A program made the position numbers and the translations under genes. A stretch of 64,000 bases of DNA. It comes from a virus (taxonomy: Duplodnaviria; Caudoviricetes). The stretch's first letter is position 1. Every line of letters starts with the position of its first letter. The stretch spans positions 1,435 through 65,434 of the IMG/VR virus record IMGVR_UViG_3300025939_000002; one strand, written 5' to 3'. The notes below the pieces were generated by a model. The model saw nothing but the letters and a program-made list of their open reading frames with translations, did no database searches and had not been told where the DNA came from. Shown here piece after piece: positions 25,807 through 34,517 of this stretch.

Positions 25807-26099
25807 CAGAGCGCCCCCGGGTTGGAGGCGGGGACGTATGGGTGACCGGGGCCTTCATGGGGCCCTTGGCCTCCGCAGAGGGCGCAGGGGGCCGGCTTGA
25901 GGTTCGTTCGCGACGCGGCTGGAGCGGCCGCGCCGAGGTCGATGTCCGCGCCGCCGCAGCCGGGGCAGCCGTCGGGGCCGAAGGAGGCCTTCTCCGCCGC
26001 GGCGACGGTCCGGAACCGGTGGCCGCATTCGTTGCAGGCGAAGCCCGAGGTCGTCTTGGCGCTGGGCGCCGCCGTCGCTGTCTTCGTCATCGTGGGCAT
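25806..26099 (-). CDS. zinc-ribbon protein, first gene of the leftward early operon
   Basis: CNECG...CPGCG; ATG lies 7 bp from a -10 hexamer. Confidence 0.6.
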   Translation of the reverse strand: MPTMTKTATAAPSAKTTSGFACNECGHRFRTVAAAEKASFGPDGCPGCGGADIDLGAAAPAASRTNLKPAPCALCGGQGPHEGPGHPYVPASNPGAL

Positions 26100-26105
26100 G
26101 AAAAC

Positions 26106-26135
26106 ACTGTACCCACGCGCGTCGGGACGAAGCAA
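26106..26135 (-). promoter_or_regulatory. leftward early promoter TTGCTT-N18-TACAGT
   Basis: -35 at 26130-26135, -10 at 26106-26111. Confidence 0.55.
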
Positions 26136-26194
26136 CTCCCAAGCAGTGAGAATTGCTCCTGTTTGCCGCGCACCGCGCGGCGCAGCGCGGACCC

Positions 26195-26224
26195 TTGCGA
26201 GAAGAGCGCGATTGTGGGTACGTT
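26195..26224 (+). promoter_or_regulatory. rightward promoter TTGCGA-N18-TACGTT
   Basis: -35 at 26195-26200, -10 at 26219-26224. Confidence 0.55.
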
Positions 26225-26230
26225 GTGGAC

Positions 26231-26455
26231 GTGCCACCGCGCAAGCCCAAGCCGCCGTCCCGGATGAAGAACGACTTCCTGAAGATCCGAGCCACGACGG
26301 AGCAGATCGAGCGCTGGCGCCGAGCCTCGGAGCTGGCCCGGCTCGACAACGACGAGCTCGACTACTCGAGCTGGGTGCGGACGACCCTCAACGAGGCGGC
26401 GAAGGTGCTCGAGGAGCGCCACGGGGCGGGGCGCGGTAAGGGAGCCGGCCGGTGA
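26231..26455 (+). CDS. ribbon-helix-helix regulator 2 (DUF1778/Arc-like), candidate repressor
   Basis: FLKIRATTEQIERWRRAS...YSSWVRTTLNEAA; GTG at 26231 (or ATG at 26264). Confidence 0.65.
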   Translation: MPPRKPKPPSRMKNDFLKIRATTEQIERWRRASELARLDNDELDYSSWVRTTLNEAAKVLEERHGAGRGKGAGR

Positions 26456-26595
26456 GCGACGAGCAAGCGCGCCGGGGGTTCGCGATGTCTCCGGAGCTCG
26501 AGGCCGCGCTGGCGCAACTCCGCCGGGCCACCGCCGAGCTGCGGGCGTTGGTGGCGGCCGCTAGAGCAGCCGCACCGTCTTCCCCGCCAGCATGA
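26452..26595 (+). CDS. 47-aa helical peptide coupled to RHH2
   Basis: GTGA overlap; read by hand. Confidence 0.4.
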   Translation: MSDEQARRGFAMSPELEAALAQLRRATAELRALVAAARAAAPSSPPA

Positions 26596-26722
26596 AGCAC
26601 GCGACGAGCAGCCCGCAGGCGAACATCAGCCGCCCGACCTCCTGCCGCTGACCGTTGCCCGGCAGGACGTACATCACGAGCCCGACGAGCGCGATCAACA
26701 CCACCGCCCACGAGACCAGCAT
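26561..26722 (-). CDS. small 2-TM membrane protein
   Basis: MLVSWAVVLIALVGLVMYVL...LMFACGLLVACFML. Confidence 0.5.
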   Translation of the reverse strand: MLVSWAVVLIALVGLVMYVLPGNGQRQEVGRLMFACGLLVACFMLAGKTVRLL

Positions 26723-26912
26723 GCCCAAGAAGGTAAGTCCGGACGAACAGCGCAGGCGGCTCGTTGAGGCGGCCCTGAGCCGAGTGATGGCGGCGAACGC
26801 GCGGTTGGCCAAGCTGGAGCGCGCCTATGCGCGCGATCTGGAGCGCCTGCGCAGTGAACTGGACGACGCGACCGACCACCTCAAGTTGCTGTTCTATGGT
26901 CGCCTGAAGTAG
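26721..26912 (+). CDS. small coiled-coil protein
   Basis: MPKKVSPDEQRRRLVEAAL...; start uncertain. Confidence 0.45.
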   Translation: MPKKVSPDEQRRRLVEAALSRVMAANARLAKLERAYARDLERLRSELDDATDHLKLLFYGRLK

Positions 26913-26944
26913 AGCGCGGCCGCCCCCCATGCGCACCATCGCGC

Positions 26945-27754
26945 ATGGCGGTCATCGTCGCCGGCGCCCCCGAGGAGATCCCCGGCCTGCACACGGTCTC
27001 GTGGCTCGACCACCCGCAGCTCCGCCTCCGCGCCGGCGAGGACTACCGCTCGCGCAACCCCGGCACCTGGATCAGGCAGGTCATCCTGCACACCACGAAG
27101 GGCCTCCCCGCCAAGGCCGGCGATCCGGGCCAGGTGATCCGGGTGGGCCTCGGCGCGCCCGTCAACGCCGGCGAGCGGACCGCGGTCTACTGGTCGCACG
27201 ACGGGCGCCAGGCGGGCGCGCACCTGGTCGTCGACCATGACGGGACCGTCGCCTGCTGCGCCGACCTCCGCGCCGACGCTGCCTACCACGCGGGCGCGGT
27301 GAACGAGCGCTCTTTCGGGGTCGAGATCTACCAGGGGGCCGGCGGCGAGCTCTACCTCGGCCAGCTCCAGGCGGTGGTCGCGCTCTGCGACTGGCTCACC
27401 CGGCGGTTCGGAATCCAACGGCAGCTCCCCCAGCTCTACGCGGGCCGACCGACGAAGCGGCTCGAGGACGGCGGCGAGGACTGCGTCGGGGTCTTCGGCC
27501 ACCGCGACGTCACCGCGACTCGGGGCCCCGGCGACCCCGGGACGGTCATCATGGAGCTGCTCCGCCAGGCCGGCTACGAGCGCTGGGACTTCGCCCTCGG
27601 CGAGGACCTCGACGCCTGGCGGACCCGGCAGTTCGGGCTCGGGCTCGACCCCGACGGCATCCCCGGGCCCGTCACCGTCGCCCGCTTGCGCGCCGGGGGC
27701 CGGCCCGCTGGCCTCTGGGTCACCCGCCCGGGCGACGTGCCCGAAGTCGCGTAG
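26945..27754 (+). CDS. endolysin: N-acetylmuramoyl-L-alanine amidase (Amidase_2) with PG-binding domain
   Basis: VILHTT; AHLVV; YHAG..N..SFGVEI; GHRD; DPG; C-terminal LDPDGIPGPVT. Confidence 0.88.
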   Translation: MAVIVAGAPEEIPGLHTVSWLDHPQLRLRAGEDYRSRNPGTWIRQVILHTTKGLPAKAGDPGQVIRVGLGAPVNAGERTAVYWSHDGRQAGAHLVVDHDGTVACCADLRADAAYHAGAVNERSFGVEIYQGAGGELYLGQLQAVVALCDWLTRRFGIQRQLPQLYAGRPTKRLEDGGEDCVGVFGHRDVTATRGPGDPGTVIMELLRQAGYERWDFALGEDLDAWRTRQFGLGLDPDGIPGPVTVARLRAGGRPAGLWVTRPGDVPEVA

Positions 27755-27846
27755 GATCTCCGGGCGTCGCCGCGGTGGCGCCGGAGGGCACCCGCCACGA
27801 AAGCGCGCCCGCAAGCGGTCAGGGGCGACTGGCCGCGGCGGCGCGC

Positions 27847-28185
27847 CTAGCGCCCAGCGTGCGTCGGCAGGACGTCGACGAGCTGGGGCTTCGAGCCCTC
27901 CGGCCGACGCTCCATCGACACGATGAGCGTGAGCCGCAGGGGCCCCGGCCCGCGGTACTGGTAGGCCCCCGTCCTCGTGATGCGCGGCTCGATGGGCGGG
28001 TCGGCGACCTGGTAGCGCTGCCACGTCGCCGCGGCGTACTCGATCAGCTCGTCGGACGCGTCGTCGAACGAGAGGGTCACACCCGGCACCGGGGGGCGCC
28101 CCTTCCGGTGCAGGGACTGCGTGCGGATCGCCATGAAGCGCCGCACGGCGTGCGCGGTGACATACCAGGGGCACTCGGCCATCAT
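27847..28185 (-). CDS. hypothetical protein with YVTAHAVRRF motif (RNase-toxin-like)
   Basis: The HAxxR helix pattern occurs in DUF4258/BrnT-like folds; weak call. Confidence 0.5.
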   Translation of the reverse strand: MMAECPWYVTAHAVRRFMAIRTQSLHRKGRPPVPGVTLSFDDASDELIEYAAATWQRYQVADPPIEPRITRTGAYQYRGPGPLRLTLIVSMERRPEGSKPQLVDVLPTHAGR

Positions 28186-28267
28186 CGAGAGAGGCGCGGA
28201 GGACGGGTGCTCATGTGCGACCCCGTCGTGCGGCTTCAATGGGGCCGCGCCTCTCTCGACCTCGACC

Positions 28268-28546
28268 CTACCGGCGTGCGCCGGCGCCGTCAACGATCTC
28301 GCGCGGCCCGCGATTCGGCCGACCCGGCAGGGACGGCTCCGTGCCGACGCGGTAGCGCCGCCCCTCGAACTGGTACTCGACGGTCGAGTAGCCGAGCCGG
28401 CTCTCGAGTCGCCTGGTCGCCTGGATCATGCCGCGGTACGACCGGTACTCGCGACCGATCATGCGCTCCTGGATCTCGCTGTCGTCGATGAGGTGATCGC
28501 ACGCGCTCCAGCCGCGCTGATTGCACACGTTGAGGACCTTGAACAT
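28268..28546 (-). CDS. hypothetical protein, lower GC
   Basis: GGAGG RBS and own promoter. Confidence 0.55.
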   Translation of the reverse strand: MFKVLNVCNQRGWSACDHLIDDSEIQERMIGREYRSYRGMIQATRRLESRLGYSTVEYQFEGRRYRVGTEPSLPGRPNRGPREIVDGAGARR

Positions 28547-28595
28547 CTGAGCCTCCGCTTCAACAGGGCCAGCGGACCATCCGCCGGTATGGATC

Positions 28596-28625
28596 AGGCT
28601 ACGGCAGGTCGATCGCGAAGCTCAA
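28596..28625 (-). promoter_or_regulatory. promoter TTGAGC-N18-TAGCCT
   Basis: Read directly upstream of 28546. Confidence 0.5.
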
Positions 28626-28659
28626 GGCGCGTCGCTACTGCGCGGCGTCCATTGCAGAA

Positions 28660-29151
28660 TTAGACCGCCCCGGCCCGCTGCGCGAACCGCCGCTGGCGCA
28701 GCTCCCAAGTAGCCAGCCCCGCGGCGTCCGCCTCGTCGGCGCCGAGTGCCGTCCCGAACGTCGACCGCACCCAGATGGCCGCCGCCGCCTTCCGCGCCTC
28801 GCGGCCGCTCTTCGGCGTGATGAGCCCGGTGAGGATCCCTCGCTGCCAGACGTCCGCCATCACCAGTTTCGTCTCGAGGCCCAGCCCCTCGAAGGCCTGC
28901 TGCCAGCGCCCCACCAACCGGGACAGCGCTTTCGTCGTGCCGACGTTCTCGCCGTAGTAGGCGTCCTCGATGGCGACCACGTCGATGGACGGGCAGCGGT
29001 GCACGACCTGTCCTGAGAACTCGGTGACCACGTCGGCGTCGACGGCCGTGAGCGCCCCGTAGGCGACGAGCCGTTCCTGCCGCCCGTCGCGCTCCACCAG
29101 CGCCCAGCCGGTCCGGCGAGGCGCCGAGTCGATCCCCAGAACGAGGCCCAC
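28660..29151 (-). CDS. ruvC: RuvC-like Holliday junction resolvase
   Basis: LGIDSAPRRTGWA; VAIED; DEADAAGLA. Confidence 0.88.
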   Translation of the reverse strand: MGLVLGIDSAPRRTGWALVERDGRQERLVAYGALTAVDADVVTEFSGQVVHRCPSIDVVAIEDAYYGENVGTTKALSRLVGRWQQAFEGLGLETKLVMADVWQRGILTGLITPKSGREARKAAAAIWVRSTFGTALGADEADAAGLATWELRQRRFAQRAGAV

Positions 29152-29167
29152 AGGTTTTCTTCCCGGC

Positions 29168-29491
29168 TTAGTGCGGGTCGCGCATGTCCATCCGGGCGCG
29201 CCTTAGCGCTCGCCGCGTGTCGTGGACGGCTTCGCCGAGGGTCTCGAGCTCGTGCTCGATATCTCGGAGAGCCGCCGCTCGATCACCGGCGCTGAAGTCC
29301 TCACCCATTCGCGCAGCCTCCGCACAGCGGCCTGCAGCGGCGTCGGCGAGGTCAGCCTGGTGGCGCAGGCGGGTGGCGACGGTGGCGAGGGCGATCCCGG
29401 TGCTGGCGATGTCCGCCTCGACGGTGCCGGCGGCGACACCGCCGGGGGGAGACGGCGCGGGGGTCGGGTCATCGTCGTGGGAGTCGGCCAT
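29168..29491 (-). CDS. hypothetical protein
   Basis: AGGAGG RBS. Confidence 0.55.
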   Translation of the reverse strand: MADSHDDDPTPAPSPPGGVAAGTVEADIASTGIALATVATRLRHQADLADAAAGRCAEAARMGEDFSAGDRAAALRDIEHELETLGEAVHDTRRALRRARMDMRDPH

Positions 29492-29565
29492 ACCTCCTGA
29501 TCCTCGCTGCGGTCGTCCGCCTTTTTCACTTCACCACCCTCCTCTCCCCCCGCACCCCCCAAAAG

Positions 29566-30144
29566 TTACCGACCCGTGACGCCAGCCCCGCCGTCCGCGG
29601 GCGGAGACGGAGGGGCCCCCCGGTAGATCTGCCGCTCGGCCTCGTCGAGGTTGCTGGGCAGAGGCCGCGGGTGGGCGTTCACCACCACCGGCACCGGGGG
29701 CGGAAGCGTCGAGGCGGCCCGGTGGCGGGCCTTCGCCCGGGCCTCAGGGTGGGCCGCCTCGGTCGCCACCTGCATCCGCCGGGCGGCCTCCTCGAGCACC
29801 AAGACCCGCCGCTCGAGCGCCTCGAGCGCGGGCTTGGTGACCTGGTAGCCGGCCTCCGACTTGTTCTTAACCTCCTGCGACTTCGCGCGGGTCTCGTCGA
29901 CGGCGGTCTTGTAGGCGCCCACGGACGCCACGACGGCGGCGGCAAGCGCGGGGGCGAGGATGCCAAGCGCCTTGGCCACCGTCCGCGACCCCTGCACGAC
30001 CACCTTGCCGGTGGGGCCCAGCGTCCGCAGCTCGTCCTCGGTCAGGCGGGGCGGGGCCGGGGTGCCCAGGGGCGCCGTGATCCGGCGGACGTACTCCTCG
30101 GGCTTCTCGCCGGGGAGCGCGGGGGGCCGGGGATCGTCGCCCAT
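29566..30144 (-). CDS. membrane-anchored coiled-coil protein (possible spanin-like)
   Basis: Hydrophobic LGILAPALAAAVVASVGA followed by a coiled coil. Confidence 0.5.
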   Translation of the reverse strand: MGDDPRPPALPGEKPEEYVRRITAPLGTPAPPRLTEDELRTLGPTGKVVVQGSRTVAKALGILAPALAAAVVASVGAYKTAVDETRAKSQEVKNKSEAGYQVTKPALEALERRVLVLEEAARRMQVATEAAHPEARAKARHRAASTLPPPVPVVVNAHPRPLPSNLDEAERQIYRGAPPSPPADGGAGVTGR

Positions 30145-30156
30145 GCGACGATCCTG

Positions 30157-30717
30157 CTATGCCTGCGGGCGGTCCTCAGGTTGGGGGGACGCCTCGCCGT
30201 TGGGGGCCGGGCGGTCCCAGCCGCCGCCGTCGACCAGCGTCGCCGCTTCCAGGTGGCCCTGGGCGCGGAGGTAGTCGGCGATCCGCTCCGCGACCGGGAC
30301 CTCGGCAAGGGCCTTGGGAGGCGCCCAGTCCTCGGCCGCCGGGTCGTAGACCGGCACGCCCGCGTCGTCGTCGTAGGGCCGCTTGGCCTTGATCGCCTCG
30401 AGCGCGTCCCAGAGCGAGCCGAGGGTGCGCTCGACCGCGGGCGCCCGCTCGACCTCCTGGAGCCCGAGGGCGTAGTCGATGTTCTCGTCGGTGAGGGTGA
30501 AGACAGCGGGCTTCTTCGAGGTCGCCATCGCAACGCTCAATGACCCCTTGTGCTCGTCGGCCGTATCGAGGATCTGGGTGATCCCGAAGGCGCGGAGGAA
30601 GCGCCGATACAGGCGCCCCCGCTGCCCTTGCACCTTCTGCCCGTTGTCGTGCGCCAGGTTCATCAGCGCGAACCGCTGCGCGGGCGTGATGACCACCTCG
30701 TGGATCTGGTCGCTCAT
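30157..30717 (-). CDS. hypothetical protein
   Basis: TGATG coupling at 30717. Confidence 0.6.
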   Translation of the reverse strand: MSDQIHEVVITPAQRFALMNLAHDNGQKVQGQRGRLYRRFLRAFGITQILDTADEHKGSLSVAMATSKKPAVFTLTDENIDYALGLQEVERAPAVERTLGSLWDALEAIKAKRPYDDDAGVPVYDPAAEDWAPPKALAEVPVAERIADYLRAQGHLEAATLVDGGGWDRPAPNGEASPQPEDRPQA

Positions 30718-31154
30718 CACGACACCGTGCCAGCCGGAAGGATGGGGATGGTCGTCCCGAGGAGCACGGCCGCCTCGGACGGGGCTTGCACGACGGTGCC
30801 GCTTAGCCCCTGCAGGGCGGTCATGAGAGCGCCACGACGGTCGGCGCCGGTAGCGCGGTACGCGGCGAGCGCGCTCGTGAACGCGCTCGCCAACCCGGCC
30901 CCGGAAAGCCCGACGGAGATCATCGTCTCCTGGATGCAGATCGGCGCGGGGTTCACGACGAGCGCGTCGGCCGAGCCGTTTTTGATAGCGAGGACCCACG
31001 GGTCGCGGCGCTGAAGGACGCCGCCGCCCCCCTGCACCTGGATCTGAACCAGCATGATGCTGGCGTCCTCGTCGATCTGGAGGACCTGCAGCACCTTGCA
31101 CTTCTGCAAGTTGGCGACGCTGACCGCCGCCGTGAACTGGAGGTTGTTGGCCAT
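30717..31154 (-). CDS. hypothetical protein (possible fibre chaperone/accessory)
   Basis: Follows the tail fibre gene; ATG at 31154. Confidence 0.55.
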   Translation of the reverse strand: MANNLQFTAAVSVANLQKCKVLQVLQIDEDASIMLVQIQVQGGGGVLQRRDPWVLAIKNGSADALVVNPAPICIQETMISVGLSGAGLASAFTSALAAYRATGADRRGALMTALQGLSGTVVQAPSEAAVLLGTTIPILPAGTVS

Positions 31155-31168
31155 CGGGGGTTCCCTCT

Positions 31169-33067
31169 CTATGCCGCCAGCCCAAGCGGGCGAATGCACT
31201 GTGCGAGGAGAGTTCGCGCAGCATCGTGCGCCTCCTGTAACATCGTCTGTTCTGTCGCTCCGTACGTGCCCGCGGCCGTCCGGGTGGCGAGCGCGGCGGT
31301 CACGCCGCTCGGCTGAACGACCGGCGACGCGTTGAAGAATGCGAGCTTCTGGGTAGTGGCGGTTCCGATCTTCGTTCCCGTGGTGGTCCCCATCGCCATG
31401 TTCGAAGCGTCGTTGAAACTGATCCCCGTGGAAGCCTGGATGTTCAGGGTGTCGATGACGCCGATGTTCGTCGACCGGAACCGCATGCGCTCCGTCCCGG
31501 CGACGAAGATCGCGACCGTGTCGGCGCCGTTCTGGGAGATGCCGGTGGTGGCCGAGCCCGAGAACTGAATCGCGTTGTTCGATGACGAGCCCGCCGCCAG
31601 CGCAAGCGGATCGTTGACGTTGATCTTTCCCTTTGTCGCGTTCGTGGTCGAGTTGAGAGACAGGTTTCCCGAAGCCGACGTGCTGCCGTAGACGCCGTTC
31701 TGGATGACGGTGAACCCCGAGGCCCCGAAGAGGATTAGGCCGTTGTTCCGGTCGAGCTGGATCGACAGATTGTTGGCCTGCAGGACGAGGTTCGTGTCGG
31801 TGCAGTTGAAATTTGTGCCAGCCGTACCCCCGTCGGCCGACGGCGAATAGATCTTCACGCCACCGCTCGCGGCGGTCTTGAGGAGGAGCTTGTTCGTGCC
31901 GCTCGTCGGCCCGGTGAGAACGGCGTCCCCGGCGACCGAGGAGGTCGCCCAGTCGTTCGTGCTGACCGCGTAGCCGAAGGCGCCCTGCCGGGTGCCGCCG
32001 CTGTCGCTCGCGATGAACCCCGTCGGGGCGGTGCCGGTCACCTGCGCCACGTAGCCGCTGTGGGCCTTGCCGTTCTTGACCGTCATCGGCACGGCGGCGG
32101 CCGTCGCGGTGCAGTCGACGAGGACCGCCCCGCTGTTCGCCACCGAGAAGCGAGAATTGTTCGAGGCCGTCCCGACCTGGAGGTCGAGGAGATTGTGCGT
32201 GCCGACGACCGCCGTCTCCGTCGCCCGAACAAAGACCCCCGTGACCGTGCCGTTCGCCCCACCGGTCTGGTTGACCGTGTAGTCGACGGTGACCGCGTCG
32301 AAAACCCCGGTGCCGCTTGTCGGCGCGAACGTCGGCACCACGCGTAGGCCGTGCCCGGTGTTGAGGGTGTTCGTCCACGTCCCGCGGATCGCGATGGCGG
32401 TCAGGTTCGTCGCCGTGGCCGGGCCCGCACCGCCGAGCACCGGAGGGCCGGTCACCGCCATCGTCGACGCGTTGGTGATGACCACCGCCGCGGAGGCCGC
32501 GTTCAGAGTGGGCGGCGCGACCGTGACGTAGTTGAAGCCGCCGGCCGTCGCGATGGCCGTGGTGCCGGTGATCGTGACGGTGTGGCCCTGGGCCGAGATC
32601 GCGTCGAGGACCGCGCCGGACGCCGACAACACCGTCGTGACGGCATTGACCTTGAAGCGCGACGTACCGCCGACCTGCAGGTCTAGGAGGGCGTGGGCCC
32701 CAAGGACGGCCGTCTCGGTGGCGTTCAAGAAGAGGCCCGTCACCGCGCCGCTGGCGCTCCCGGTCTGGTTGACGGTGTAGCTCACCGACACCGGCTGGTA
32801 CGCGGCGTTGCCGCTCGCCGGGCTGAAGGTGCCCGCGACCGCGATCCCCTTCTCGGTCCCGGCGGTGGCCGCGGTCGAGATCGTCACCGCCAGGGGCACG
32901 ATCCCGGTCAGCGCCGAGGCGACGATCGCGACGCCGCCCCTCGTGGCGTCGAGGGTGAGCGTGCCGTCGGTCGGCCCCGCGCCGTTGCCGTAGACCTGCG
33001 CGAGGGTCAGAGACGCCGCCCCGCCCCCGCCGGTCGCCTCCTGGCCGCCCGTCGTCTCCTGGGCCAT
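31169..33067 (-). CDS. tail fibre / receptor-binding protein
   Basis: T/G/A/S-rich beta repeats; duplicated YTVNQTG...ATETAV.G.H.LLDLQVG unit; GTKIGTATTQKLAFF motif. Confidence 0.75.
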   Translation of the reverse strand: MAQETTGGQEATGGGGAASLTLAQVYGNGAGPTDGTLTLDATRGGVAIVASALTGIVPLAVTISTAATAGTEKGIAVAGTFSPASGNAAYQPVSVSYTVNQTGSASGAVTGLFLNATETAVLGAHALLDLQVGGTSRFKVNAVTTVLSASGAVLDAISAQGHTVTITGTTAIATAGGFNYVTVAPPTLNAASAAVVITNASTMAVTGPPVLGGAGPATATNLTAIAIRGTWTNTLNTGHGLRVVPTFAPTSGTGVFDAVTVDYTVNQTGGANGTVTGVFVRATETAVVGTHNLLDLQVGTASNNSRFSVANSGAVLVDCTATAAAVPMTVKNGKAHSGYVAQVTGTAPTGFIASDSGGTRQGAFGYAVSTNDWATSSVAGDAVLTGPTSGTNKLLLKTAASGGVKIYSPSADGGTAGTNFNCTDTNLVLQANNLSIQLDRNNGLILFGASGFTVIQNGVYGSTSASGNLSLNSTTNATKGKINVNDPLALAAGSSSNNAIQFSGSATTGISQNGADTVAIFVAGTERMRFRSTNIGVIDTLNIQASTGISFNDASNMAMGTTTGTKIGTATTQKLAFFNASPVVQPSGVTAALATRTAAGTYGATEQTMLQEAHDAARTLLAQCIRPLGLAA

Positions 33068-33070
33068 GGG

Positions 33071-33493
33071 CTACCCCGGGACCGAGGTCGAGGCCTCGGC
33101 GTAGATGAGCGCCTTCGTCGCGCTACCGGTGCTCCCCAACGCGGTCACCTGGATAAACACCTCCCCCTTCATCGTACAGGTGTAGCTGCCCGAGCTCGGC
33201 GCGAGCGTGTCGGGGCGGAGGGCGACGAAGGCCGGCCGAGCCAGGTCGGCGGTCGCCCCGTCGTCCTTCTCCCAGACCGTGAAGTTCGCCGTCGCCCCCG
33301 GGATCTCGACGTTCGAGTTGTCGACGAACCGCAGGCAGAATCGGACGCCCTCGATGTCCTCGTCGATGAGCTGGTCGCCGGGCGAGAGGCCGTCCACCTT
33401 GAACGTCGTGCCGGCCGCCGGGGCGGTCACGTTGGGGTTCGCGTCGCCGACGAACCCCGAGACGGTGATGGTGCGGACCAAGGACATCTTCAT
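33071..33493 (-). CDS. virion structural protein (beta-rich)
   Basis: Position between fibre genes; composition. Confidence 0.55.
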   Translation of the reverse strand: MKMSLVRTITVSGFVGDANPNVTAPAAGTTFKVDGLSPGDQLIDEDIEGVRFCLRFVDNSNVEIPGATANFTVWEKDDGATADLARPAFVALRPDTLAPSSGSYTCTMKGEVFIQVTALGSTGSATKALIYAEASTSVPG

Positions 33494-33539
33494 CGGCGTG
33501 ACCTCAGGCTAGGGCGACCCCGGTGACGGGCTCCACTTC

Positions 33540-34514
33540 TCAGAAGGCGTCGGGCCACAGGTTGCAACAGAAGCGCGGAACGCCGACCGTCATCACGCCG
33601 CTCGAGCCCCCGGCGCTCGCCATCGCGAAGAGGGGGGCGGCGGTCGCCGGAGAGGCGGCGCTGGGCATGTTCGCGGTCAGGTTCTTAACGAGCGTCCCGT
33701 TGATGAAGAACAGGACGCGCTCGGCGCCCGCCTCGTCGACGTTGACGCCGTGATACTCGATCCGGAAGCGGGTCTTGCTGGTGCCAATCGCCACACCAGA
33801 GTCCTGATCGTTGAGCGCCGTTCCGTCGTCGGTCTGGCAGCGCCAGTTCCCCGAGCCGCCCGCGTTGTAGAACCACGCGTGTGCCCCGTGAGCGCCGGTA
33901 GCGAAGTCCGACTGCCCGCCAAACCCCATCGCGATGTCGTAGTTCGGCGTGGCCGGGAGTTTCATGTCCCACTCCATGGCGAGCACCACGTCCGCGTGAA
34001 ACATGCACGGCGCCACCCGCTGCGCGAAGGAGTAGTCGCCGGCGCTGTTGCCGGCGTCGATCTCGACGTAGCGGCTATGGGGCCACGTCGCGTCCGGGAA
34101 CTGCACCTGGACCGCGCCTGAGCCGGCAGCCTTCTTCGATCCGAACTGCCAACCCTGGTCTGAGAACGCGCTGAGCTGCAGGCTGCCCGCGCCGATCACG
34201 AAGATCTGGGTGCCCCAGTTCTCTTGCCACACCTGCAGCTTCCCCATCGGGAAGCCGAGGTGGTCGATCCCGAAGCGCTTCCTCAGCCCGCCGTCGCGGT
34301 AGAGATGGATCGGCTCGGCCCATTGGCTCGCCCGGGCCCGCGGCTTCATGAGCCATGCGATCCAGTCCGCGGGTACTTTCGCGAGCTGCGTGATGCTGGC
34401 GGCGTTCTCGGCCTCCCCATCCGCCGGGATCACCACGATCGGCGCCGTGTCGGGGATCGGAGCCCCGGAGGGCGTCTGCGCGGCGGTGGGGTCGCCCGTG
34501 TAGTTCGTCGCCAT
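33540..34514 (-). CDS. tail fibre/spike protein with lectin (ConA/LamG)-like C-terminus
   Basis: Follows baseplate I; RFRIEY...VLFFINGTLV. Confidence 0.65.
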   Translation of the reverse strand: MATNYTGDPTAAQTPSGAPIPDTAPIVVIPADGEAENAASITQLAKVPADWIAWLMKPRARASQWAEPIHLYRDGGLRKRFGIDHLGFPMGKLQVWQENWGTQIFVIGAGSLQLSAFSDQGWQFGSKKAAGSGAVQVQFPDATWPHSRYVEIDAGNSAGDYSFAQRVAPCMFHADVVLAMEWDMKLPATPNYDIAMGFGGQSDFATGAHGAHAWFYNAGGSGNWRCQTDDGTALNDQDSGVAIGTSKTRFRIEYHGVNVDEAGAERVLFFINGTLVKNLTANMPSAASPATAAPLFAMASAGGSSGVMTVGVPRFCCNLWPDAF

Positions 34515-34517
34515 CCG

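Noticed and set aside
29520-29565. C-rich/G-run tract as a G-quadruplex or terminator
   Set aside because: The runs are irregular, there is no clear stem plus U-tract, and it is plausibly just a purine-rich leader of 29168-29491.
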